Source of the DNA: Candidatus Poseidoniales archaeon
GTDB lineage: Archaea > Thermoplasmatota > Poseidoniia > Poseidoniales > Thalassarchaeaceae
Length of the DNA stretch: 64,000 bases
Assembly: GCA_012964335.1 (NCBI GenBank)
Contig: DTUF01000022.1
Coordinates: 30,195-94,194 of the forward strand
Direction: 5' to 3'
The notes below the pieces were generated by a model that made no database searches, had not been told where the DNA came from, and saw only the letters and a program-made list of their open reading frames with translations. A program made the translations under genes and the position numbers. This document shows positions 38,194 through 47,200 of this stretch, in pieces; within the stretch, counting starts at the first letter, position 1; the number at the start of each line of letters is the position of its first letter.

Positions 38194-39543
38194 ATGCCAC
38201 TCTGTCCACTGGATTATCGGTACGGCCGCGACACTGTCAAAGACATCTGGACTGACTTAGGTCGTCACTCTCGTCAACTTGAGGTAGAGCGTGCACTAAT
38301 ATGGGCACACAAAGAACTAGGGAAAGTCTCTGAAGAAGACTATAATGCAATTGCAGCAATCTCTAACCCCAAAAGTGTCACCAAAGAAAGGGTTGAGGAA
38401 ATAGAGAATGAAACTAGACATGACATCATGGCTCTGACCAAAGCAATGGCAGAACAAGCCGGAGATGCCGGGTGGTGTATTCATCTAGGCGCGACATCAA
38501 ATGATATTGTTGATACAGCAGTAGCGTTACAAATCAGGGATTCAATTGATCAACAAACTGAAATCCTATGCACATTAATGTCAACAATCGCTGATTTAGC
38601 AGAAAGGGAACGAGACACAGTTTGCATTGGACGTACTCACGGGCAAGCAGCCGTTCCAATCACATTTGGATTGAAAGTCGCAGTTTGGGTAGATGAATTT
38701 AGACGTCACCTTATTCGATTGCAAGAACTTACTCCGAGAGTTTGTGTAGGTAAGTTCCTAGGGGCAGTTGGCACAGGAGCAGCCCAAGGTGAAAACGCAA
38801 GAGAATTACAAGCAAATATAATGACACACTTAGGATTAGGTTGTCCTCTCGTAACTACCCAAGTAGTAGGACGTGACCGATATATCGAGTGGGTTTCTTG
38901 GATGGCAAATGTTGCCACCAGTGTTGAAAAGGTATTACAAGAAATTAGAAATCTACAACGGACGGAAATCGCAGAAGTTTACGAGTATTTTGACGTAGAA
39001 AAGCAAGTGGGTTCCTCAACTATGGCTCACAAACGTAACCCAATTACTGCTGAAAACGCCTGTGGGCTGGCTCGCGTCGTAAGGGCAATGATGTTACCCA
39101 CATGGGAAAATGCCCTACTTTGGCATGAGAGGGATTTGGCTAACTCCAGTGCTGAGAGGTTTACACTTTCCCATTCTGTTGTTCTTTTGGATGACGTTTT
39201 ATCAAAATGTAATAGCGTGTTGAGTAAATTAGTAGTTGACAAGGACAACATGTTACGAAATATCAATTCACAAAATGGGCTAGTTATGGCTGAAAAAGTC
39301 ATGATAGCTCTTGTAGAGAAGGGAATACCTAGAGATGAAGCACATGAAGTCCTTCGGTCAGCATCGATGGAATCGTTAGAGAAAGGAGTACACTTAGAAG
39401 ATATTTGTGCAATGACTCCAACAATAGCAGCAGCATTTGATGGAGATGAACTTCATGGTTTATTTGATCCTAACAGCCATCTTGGTGTATCTGCAGAATT
39501 GGTTGATGAAGCAGTAGCACTAGCAAGGGCTGCTATCAAGTGA
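38194..39543 (+). CDS. purB: adenylosuccinate lyase
   Basis: ETRHD, HLGATS, GRTHGQ, GSSTMAHKRNP and HERDL motifs. Confidence 0.97.
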   Translation: MPLCPLDYRYGRDTVKDIWTDLGRHSRQLEVERALIWAHKELGKVSEEDYNAIAAISNPKSVTKERVEEIENETRHDIMALTKAMAEQAGDAGWCIHLGATSNDIVDTAVALQIRDSIDQQTEILCTLMSTIADLAERERDTVCIGRTHGQAAVPITFGLKVAVWVDEFRRHLIRLQELTPRVCVGKFLGAVGTGAAQGENARELQANIMTHLGLGCPLVTTQVVGRDRYIEWVSWMANVATSVEKVLQEIRNLQRTEIAEVYEYFDVEKQVGSSTMAHKRNPITAENACGLARVVRAMMLPTWENALLWHERDLANSSAERFTLSHSVVLLDDVLSKCNSVLSKLVVDKDNMLRNINSQNGLVMAEKVMIALVEKGIPRDEAHEVLRSASMESLEKGVHLEDICAMTPTIAAAFDGDELHGLFDPNSHLGVSAELVDEAVALARAAIK

Positions 39544-39760
39544 TTAACATCAATCCACCGAGCGCCAAGCCAGTGAATGTTGCAGTGATGACCAATAAAA
39601 GAATCATCGCTTGTGGGCCATACTGATTTTTGTCTAACAAGGCAGTACCAATTAACCCATGAGTACGCAATGCACCACGCAATCCACCTTCTACTTCCTC
39701 AAATGCTGGGAGTGACCGTCGAGGGATTCTCTCCCCTTCTCGAATACTACTCATGGCCAC
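39536..39760 (-). CDS. small membrane protein
   Basis: 74 aa with C-terminal TM helix; fills the gap between purB and the next gene. Confidence 0.6.
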   Translation of the reverse strand: MAMSSIREGERIPRRSLPAFEEVEGGLRGALRTHGLIGTALLDKNQYGPQAMILLLVITATFTGLALGGLMLIT

Positions 39761-39847
39761 CCCACAGAGTGAATGGTCATAGCGATTACCGAAGAATGTG
39801 TGGTTTTCAAACTAAGTATTCAAAAACCTCCAAACAAACGAAACGCC

Positions 39848-40423
39848 GTGGCCCTCCCAGAATTACCACCAGTTACGCACTTGGCTGTGGCCGAAGGTTG
39901 TGGTGGAACTTCATTGGCGTTACAGTATGCACGTGATACTTTGAAGGATGGGGGTAGGGTAATTTGGGTTTGCGAAAAATCACCTGATTCGGGTCGATTT
40001 AGTCAAATCCTTTGTGATATAGATGTGGTTTCACTTGCAAAATTTCACATGATGGAGTGTGGTGAAACCATTTCAGGTGGCGTTCTAACTGCGGGTAAAC
40101 TAGCTGAAAGATTAACTCCACAATTATTTGTCGTTGATGATTGGACACCGCGAACCGGACAGCCAGATAGATTAGCGATTTCTGCAATTGAATCCATCTC
40201 AAAAATCCTCGGTCCTACCCAGTGTAAATTACTAATCACTTCTGCACTTTACAGTGATGCTAGCGGTAAAGAGGAATGGAAAACGCGCGGCAAAAAATTG
40301 CTTGAAAAAATCACCCCATCTAATTGGATGCTGACAATTGCGGAGGGTGGTTTACAGAAAAGAATACTTCGTGTTGAAAATGAAATTATTCAACTACAAA
40401 TTAGAGATAAAGGGTTTAGTTGA
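39848..40423 (+). CDS. RecA/RadB/KaiC-superfamily fold protein with degenerate Walker A
   Basis: LAVAEGCGGTSLALQ (Walker A lacking Lys), RVIWV and LFVVDD (Walker B); GTG 39848 has a TTCAA box at -29; ORF opens at 39773. Confidence 0.7.
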   Translation: MALPELPPVTHLAVAEGCGGTSLALQYARDTLKDGGRVIWVCEKSPDSGRFSQILCDIDVVSLAKFHMMECGETISGGVLTAGKLAERLTPQLFVVDDWTPRTGQPDRLAISAIESISKILGPTQCKLLITSALYSDASGKEEWKTRGKKLLEKITPSNWMLTIAEGGLQKRILRVENEIIQLQIRDKGFS

Positions 40424-40426
40424 GAA

Positions 40427-40690
40427 TTAGTCCTCTTCGTATTCAATTCCCTGAGCTTCTGCGGCAGATGCCAACAAGTCTCCCATTTCATCAAGAGCGT
40501 CATCATCTGGTTCATTGAATTGGGCTGGGTCTTTAGCTTGGCCTCCTAATTCATCGGCGCCAGCAATTACAGGTGCATTCTCAGCAATTACTGATTGTTG
40601 ATTACGCTTTATCATCTTCATAATGAGGTATACTAGAGCCCCTGAAGCAACAAACAACAGAACATATGCTATTGATACTGAATCAACCAT
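40427..40690 (-). CDS. small single-TM protein with acidic tail
   Basis: N-terminal TM, basic patch, acidic C-terminus. Confidence 0.7.
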   Translation of the reverse strand: MVDSVSIAYVLLFVASGALVYLIMKMIKRNQQSVIAENAPVIAGADELGGQAKDPAQFNEPDDDALDEMGDLLASAAEAQGIEYEED

Positions 40691-40716
40691 GAGGCGCCGA
40701 GAAGACCTCTCCTCAA

Positions 40717-41967
40717 TTACCCCTTCGCTTGTCGGTTCAGAGGTTTAGCCAAATGACGACGATTTGAACAGAGCGGTTCCACCCATTGCTTGATTGATCC
40801 AAATCTAGTACTGACCCACACTGACTCTTGTGTGTTACCACATTGCTCACACCGTAAAGGCTGTCCAATACCCTGACGACATAATTTCCGCCCACACTTG
40901 CAATTTGGACGTGACAGTGTGCGAGGAACCCCCTCTGTGCACATGAGTGACTCCAAATGAATTTCATTATTTGGGGAAGTAAGTCCTCTCCATTCTACTA
41001 AATCTCCTACAAGAAGCGATTTCAGTAATCTATTGACTTCCCCACCTTGTTTGAAAGCAACGAGTGTACAATGTTTCTGCCCATCAAACACATGAAGAGA
41101 TGCATGACCACCTTTCACTTCTCTAACTTTTGAGATGACAATTCCGTAACACGTTTCCTTGATATGGTCGTCTGTTGCCTGATTGCTTCGATGTACTCGC
41201 ATAGCAATAGCTGCTTCTACATCTTCATTAGACTGTAACCAATTATGTGCTTGCTCAGCAACCGCGTTCTCCTCAGCCCTAATCCCATAGAGAACGGGGC
41301 AAGGAGTTCTAGGTGTAATTAAAGAATCACCCGCATTTGGGTCCCGATTAAGGATCGTCTTAGGGAATTTATCTGACATTGACCCGACCAAAGCACTCGG
41401 GACTTGCCGTCTACTGCCAATATTTTTAGGAATCCTCCAAGCAGTGGCCTCCCAAGTACAATCATTCTCCCCCCTCCACGCAATTGCGCTGGATGCCCCC
41501 ACTAATCCTCTTGCTAAATTAGATGACATTTTGCCATCTTTTTTAGTCCAAATAATAGCAGAAGATACGGCAGTCACATCTTTTAGTCTATCATTTGGAT
41601 TTACATATTTCCTTACCGCGTTCCAATACCACTCTTCTGGGAACCTAGTTTCAGTGAAGACCAAAACCGGGCAAGCAGACTCTGATCCAACTACATTTTC
41701 AGTAGATTTATTTGTAATATATTGATTATTGAACCAATCCTCCAGAACATCAGCTAGATTACTTGTTGATGAATCTGTTAATAATTCAGCAGAAAGCGCG
41801 GCATTACCTCTTGTTCTTTCAGGTGCAAATGGCCATAATCTGACCAAGTTAGGATAGCCAACAACCCTGAAGCCACCATCTTCTAAATGAGTCAAGAGAA
41901 GATGGAAATCCCAAGTAGTACATCCACCATCAACTGAGTCGGTATCATCAAGGCCAATCCAAGCCAT
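40717..41967 (-). CDS. tiaS: tRNA(Ile2) agmatinylcytidine synthetase
   Basis: IGLDDTDS..GGCTT, LVRL, TRGNAA, PVLYGIR, NQATDDH, GGH, C-terminal Zn ribbon and RRHLAKPL; ATG 41967 chosen. Confidence 0.92.
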   Translation of the reverse strand: MAWIGLDDTDSVDGGCTTWDFHLLLTHLEDGGFRVVGYPNLVRLWPFAPERTRGNAALSAELLTDSSTSNLADVLEDWFNNQYITNKSTENVVGSESACPVLVFTETRFPEEWYWNAVRKYVNPNDRLKDVTAVSSAIIWTKKDGKMSSNLARGLVGASSAIAWRGENDCTWEATAWRIPKNIGSRRQVPSALVGSMSDKFPKTILNRDPNAGDSLITPRTPCPVLYGIRAEENAVAEQAHNWLQSNEDVEAAIAMRVHRSNQATDDHIKETCYGIVISKVREVKGGHASLHVFDGQKHCTLVAFKQGGEVNRLLKSLLVGDLVEWRGLTSPNNEIHLESLMCTEGVPRTLSRPNCKCGRKLCRQGIGQPLRCEQCGNTQESVWVSTRFGSIKQWVEPLCSNRRHLAKPLNRQAKG

Positions 41968-42007
41968 TGATGTAAGGCGCGTGGCGGTAGCACTTGAGGG
42001 CGTCGTT

Positions 42008-42652
42008 TCAGAGAGTGTCACCATTGTCGGAGAAATCAAGTACTCGTTCAATTACATCATCGATACCAATATTTTGATCGCAACGGAATGTTCGTACACC
42101 ATGGTTCAATCCAGCTTTCATGTCTGCAATACGGTCGCCAACCATGAATGAATTACCTTCATCTCTGGGTAGATAATCTATTCCATACTCAAATTTTGAG
42201 ATGTGATTATTAGATTCAGTTGCATCGATAATCTGTCTCCCTACTTGCAACATTCCTGGATTTCCCTTCCTAGCCCAGGCATTACTCCAAGGAACATAAG
42301 GACTGTACAGAACCAATTCAAGATGTGCATCACTATTCTCTTCAAGAAGAATTGTTTGTAGAGCAGAATTAACCTCAGCAAGTCTTTGGTGGTCCCACAA
42401 CCCTCTACCTATGGGTGATTGATTGGTAACTATGCATATTCTAAAACCAGCATCCCGTATTCTTGCAATAGCGGATGCAGCACCTCGTAAAACCTCCAAT
42501 TCATCAACAGAATTAATGTAATTCTCACTACCTACATTGATAACTCCATCACGGTCAAGATATGCTATTCCACCACACCATGTTAGGTTGTTAGGCAAAG
42601 GTGGAAATTCTACTAAGTCAGTTAAACTAGACAAGTGACGGGATGGTAACAT
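42008..42652 (-). CDS. gmhB: D,D-heptose 1,7-bisphosphate phosphatase-like HAD IIIA hydrolase
   Basis: LDRDGVIN, VTNQS.IGRG, RK..PGML and SFMVGDR..D motifs; adjacent to gmhA. Confidence 0.82.
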   Translation of the reverse strand: MLPSRHLSSLTDLVEFPPLPNNLTWCGGIAYLDRDGVINVGSENYINSVDELEVLRGAASAIARIRDAGFRICIVTNQSPIGRGLWDHQRLAEVNSALQTILLEENSDAHLELVLYSPYVPWSNAWARKGNPGMLQVGRQIIDATESNNHISKFEYGIDYLPRDEGNSFMVGDRIADMKAGLNHGVRTFRCDQNIGIDDVIERVLDFSDNGDTL

Positions 42653-42664
42653 GTGTAATTCGCC

Positions 42665-43264
42665 TCATGAATGACTTGGAAGATTTCTTTCTAATTTTAC
42701 GGCTTCCTTCACCATGTGATTAATAATCAGTTGCAAATCTTCAATTCTCTCCATAGAAGTAGTTTCACAAATGATTGCTACATCTACCATTTGTGCTAAT
42801 TTACCTCCGCCGCCATTTTTGTAATTCCCAGTGATAGCAGCAGTCCTGCACCCAATTTCACGTGCTTTGACCATACCATTCAACACATTTTCCGAGTTAC
42901 CAGAACCACTGTATCCAACTACTAAATCACCTGCTTTTGCCCAAGTACCAAGAGCGCCTGCGAAGATATTACCGTATCCAGTATCATTTGCCCATGCCGT
43001 CAACGAAGCCGTATTATCGGTGTGACATACTGTCTTAACACCCAATTCTTTACTCCAATCGCCAGCAGAATGAGAGGGAGTGGCGGCGGAACCACCATTT
43101 CCAATGAAATGTATTGTACCTCCATTGTCCATAACAGAAAGTATTTCGCTAGTTAATTGATTCAAATCGGTTTGATTTAGGGCGTTTATCGCATCAATTA
43201 AATCGGCTTTATACGCGTCTAAAAAGCCTGAGAAGTCTACGTTCTCCATGTCACCACTGAACAA
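42665..43264 (-). CDS. gmhA: phosphoheptose (sedoheptulose-7-P) isomerase, SIS domain
   Basis: GNGGSAA, LTAWAND..Y, SGSGNSEN and IED...H motifs. Confidence 0.85.
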   Translation of the reverse strand: MFSGDMENVDFSGFLDAYKADLIDAINALNQTDLNQLTSEILSVMDNGGTIHFIGNGGSAATPSHSAGDWSKELGVKTVCHTDNTASLTAWANDTGYGNIFAGALGTWAKAGDLVVGYSGSGNSENVLNGMVKAREIGCRTAAITGNYKNGGGGKLAQMVDVAIICETTSMERIEDLQLIINHMVKEAVKLERNLPSHS

Positions 43265-43355
43265 TCGCTGACGGACAGTCTATTTACGACTTGTTGAACC
43301 ACGACAATACAATGTGGTGGCTTATACCATCAAGAAGAACAGAAGGGAACTCTAA

Positions 43356-44279
43356 ATGGGTATTGAAGAACTAAGGCTAGTATTTGCATTATTGGGGCTT
43401 GCGACCCTAGGATTTGCCTTCCACAGTAAGAGAGAGAATAAATCCACAATTTCTTCAATTGGATGGGTTTCGATTTCAATTTATTTTTTCCTTGATACAC
43501 CTCATTACATAGAACTTGCAGACCCAGTGTTAATCCTAATGTCTGCTGCTACTTTGCCAATTGGCATTGCTATAGGTTTTTGGGACTACAATACTCAAAA
43601 TAGTGGCCAAGAGGAACCGGCATTGCATTGGCTAAAAGGTGCTGTTTTTTGGTCTGCACTTCCATACTTAGCCATTTCATGGATACCTTATCTCTCAGTA
43701 GCACTAGTTTGGTTTACTGCTGTTCAAGCTGTTTTCTTCCTAAGAATCACTGGGATTGCGGATCTGCAAGTTGGAGCTACCCAAGTTGAATACATGGATG
43801 GCTCAACCTCTCTATTTTCAGAATTTACAGGTAATCCCTGGCTTTATCTTGAACCCCTTGGTGAAGGAGGATTCTTTATTCCAATTCTCCACACTGACGG
43901 AACCCCCACAGGTGTATCAATGATTCTTGCATGTAGTGCATTACAATCGATGATTGTCTTCGTAGGTGCACTTATTGCCCTCAATAAAACTCCTTGGAAA
44001 TTGAGAGCACGGGGTCTTTTCATCACATTACCAGTTATCCATATTCTCAATATGTTTCGAAATGCAGGTATAATCTACCTTGATATGACATACAGAGACT
44101 GGCATTGGTTAGGTGTAGGGATGTTTGATTTTGCCCATTCTTATGCTGCAAAAGTAGGCAGTTTATTTGCCATGTTTTTAATGGCGATTGTGCTATTTGA
44201 AATTCTCCCAGAACTTCATAATAATATTCTAAGATTGATGGAGCCTATAATTCCCAAAAAAAGGTCTAACGCTTCTTGA
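43356..44279 (+). CDS. archaeosortase (ArtA-like, exosortase family)
   Basis: Multi-TM protein; catalytic Cys in ILACSALQSM, Arg in LNMFRNA, His in FDFAHSY.AK. Confidence 0.88.
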   Translation: MGIEELRLVFALLGLATLGFAFHSKRENKSTISSIGWVSISIYFFLDTPHYIELADPVLILMSAATLPIGIAIGFWDYNTQNSGQEEPALHWLKGAVFWSALPYLAISWIPYLSVALVWFTAVQAVFFLRITGIADLQVGATQVEYMDGSTSLFSEFTGNPWLYLEPLGEGGFFIPILHTDGTPTGVSMILACSALQSMIVFVGALIALNKTPWKLRARGLFITLPVIHILNMFRNAGIIYLDMTYRDWHWLGVGMFDFAHSYAAKVGSLFAMFLMAIVLFEILPELHNNILRLMEPIIPKKRSNAS

Positions 44280-47200
44280 GTTTTTCAAGAACCTTGCCGC
44301 GTAACGGCATACTATGTTCCCAAGCGAATTCTTTCATCACCCTAAGGGCTTGTTTTTCTAATTTAGGATCTGCAACCAGGTCTTTTACATCAATAATATT
44401 CTCTCTGGTATTGGCCTTGAATGCAGCTATAGGTTCTTCATTGTGAAATACTAGATAAGCCGAACCAAATCCAAATCTCTCTCTCAATAACGAAGCAAAG
44501 TATGGTGCCAGAGGGTCAGAGGGAGGTAAAACGAAATCCCTCATTATTGCCACGTCTGTTGAACTCTCAAGCATCTCTTTCCGCCCCCAACAAACTTGAT
44601 TCAAATCTTCTAACAAGAATCCCTTGATTAATTGTCCTTCATCAACAAGATATTGAAGAACTGTCATAATTTCTTCAGGCTTGTATGGCTTCCCAGCCAT
44701 CTTTTCACATTGTTTCATAGTAATAACGGGAATTTCATTAATCAATTCAATCAGATAATCTTGCTTGAATTGCCAATGGTCTGTAATAATGGTCGGGTGA
44801 ACTGTCCGGAATCCCCCTCTGTAGTCTTGAACTAAGTGACCTGAGCGAATTAGTGGTTGGGCAAGTTTCCGGAATTCAGCACGACGTAAAGCATGTCTAT
44901 CCATGAATAACTGAGGGTCTGAATGATCTGTGAAGAACTCTAAAACATCTAATAATTCCTCATTGGGTGGTAGATTACGAATTGTCAATAATCTTTGGAA
45001 ATGCGAATAAGGCGCATATACTCTGTGACCTGTTAGATTGGTACCTTGGTGTAATTGGTTGGCACTTGCCATTGAGGAAAGATTGACTCGGTATGCTTCA
45101 CTGCGCCCTCTTAGAGCAAAGTCATCTCGGATTTCAAAAAGATGCTTTACTGCCATCGTTTCATTTTCACTACGAGAGTCTTGATGCATTTTGTGGTTAT
45201 AGAATAACACCCTAACAGATTCTTTGATTGGACGTGGGTCCATTACTCCGCCACGAATCATTCTGCGACCATCACCAATTGCTTCGAACCCTATTCTAGT
45301 GAACGCATCTATGGTTTCTTTTCGGGCCTCAGAAATATTTTCGCCATTGAAATTTGTTAACACCGAAATTTCAACAAGAGTGTCCCTATAATTCTCTAAT
45401 AAACGTTCAAACTGTTCTACAAATTCATCTAGGTATGCATGTGGAATATGGATATCTTTAATCTCAAGATAATCATTTACTTTGTACATCAATATTCTCC
45501 CAACAGGGTCAACCCCTTTGAAAACGGGGTAGTACCAACCTTGTTTCAGTACGTACCTTACTTCCTGAATAAAACGTGAACAGAATGGGTCAGATTGAGT
45601 TAAGATACGCATTTTCCTATCTTCTCGAATCCGTTTCTTAACCTGAGGGACATCTGATGGAACACAATAGAAATCTGTCAAGCCAGGTTGCAGTGCTACC
45701 ACTTTAGTGATTCTGCCTTGGTCCATAAGCAATTTTAATGTGTCCTCAAGTTCATCACCAGCTCTACTAACGTACCAACCTAAAGTGAACCTTTTTACTG
45801 GACCAATTCTGTTAATTAATTCAACCAAAGCATCGTCAAATGGTAGTGGTTCATACACTTCATACACTCTGTGAAATAAGGAAAGACTTCTTTTTCTCTC
45901 TGGTAATTCTTCATACTGCTTAACGTAAAGTAATTGACGTTCCATATTGTTTAGGGCATATTTTGCTCGATTCATGATATGTTTTGATTCATCATCACGT
46001 GGAATATCAACTAAAATTTGTTGCCTGGTTACATTTTCGCCAGCAGGAACCTTGGTCATTAGTTTAGCCTCCATATCACCAATCCATGGTTCAGGTCTCA
46101 AACCTAGGAGCAGCCCCATTTGGTCTTTTTTCGTATATCCAATCCGATTATGGAGTAATCGACCCATCAACACATCAGAATCATGTTTCATATCCTTCCA
46201 ATCAGCAAAACGAAAATCCTTCACTCTGTCTAATAATTCATGCATCTTTTGAATCATTACATGAGAAGAAAGCGCACCTAATGGGTCATCATGTAATTTG
46301 AATGATTTTGTTAACAATAAGTTTTGCAGGTTCCGATATGCGACTACTTCTTCCTCCCCCCCAGTAAGGTAGTGTTCATCTACTCGTAAGATAAATTCCC
46401 CTTCTTCGGTTTGTCTATAGAACCCAATAGTAACAATATTACGTACCTCTAACTCATGTAATATATTCTCTATCATTGGTTTGGGGAAAGGTAAACGCTC
46501 GACAAGCACGTCTAATGTTTGTGGTCCTTCACTTCCTAGAAGGTCAACTAACTTAACTCGAAGACACTCATGAGGGTCGGAAAGAGTAGTGGGCTCCCAA
46601 GCAATTGCTTCTGTGTCCTTGTACTTAGTACTAGTATCATAAGTTAAACCACCAAGGTATAACTGGCGTAGGTCGTCTAATTCATCTGCATCATGAGATG
46701 ATAAAACACCTAAGGTGCCATGGATATCACCCATTCTTTTTGAAAACCATTTATTGTCAATACCAACATGTCCTGTATTGGTAACTCTGACTATGTCCTC
46801 TCTATCAATAAGTTCACGAATCCAAGTACGAATCTCTTCCTTCTCAATACCTTCCAATTTCTCTCGGTAAAGGGGGTTTTCGTGGTTCTTATCTAAGCCC
46901 CCGCCCATTTCCATTATGTCGAGAAGAGACTCTGCGTTTGTGGGGATTGAAACTTTATCATTGTAGTAAGTATTGACTTGTTCCTCATCTAGTTGGGTTG
47001 CAAGTGCTCTTTGTCCCAACAACCGTCTCAGAATTTCTGGATCAATATCCTTGATTAGATATGCCCTTGTTCTCATTGAGAGTAAATCTTCAAATGCTGA
47101 CATGTAAAGATTCATTCCAATTGGTGAAGGAACCTTTACTCTAGTGTGTAATATTCTTGAACTACCTTGGACTACTTCACTTACGAATTGATTTAATCCC

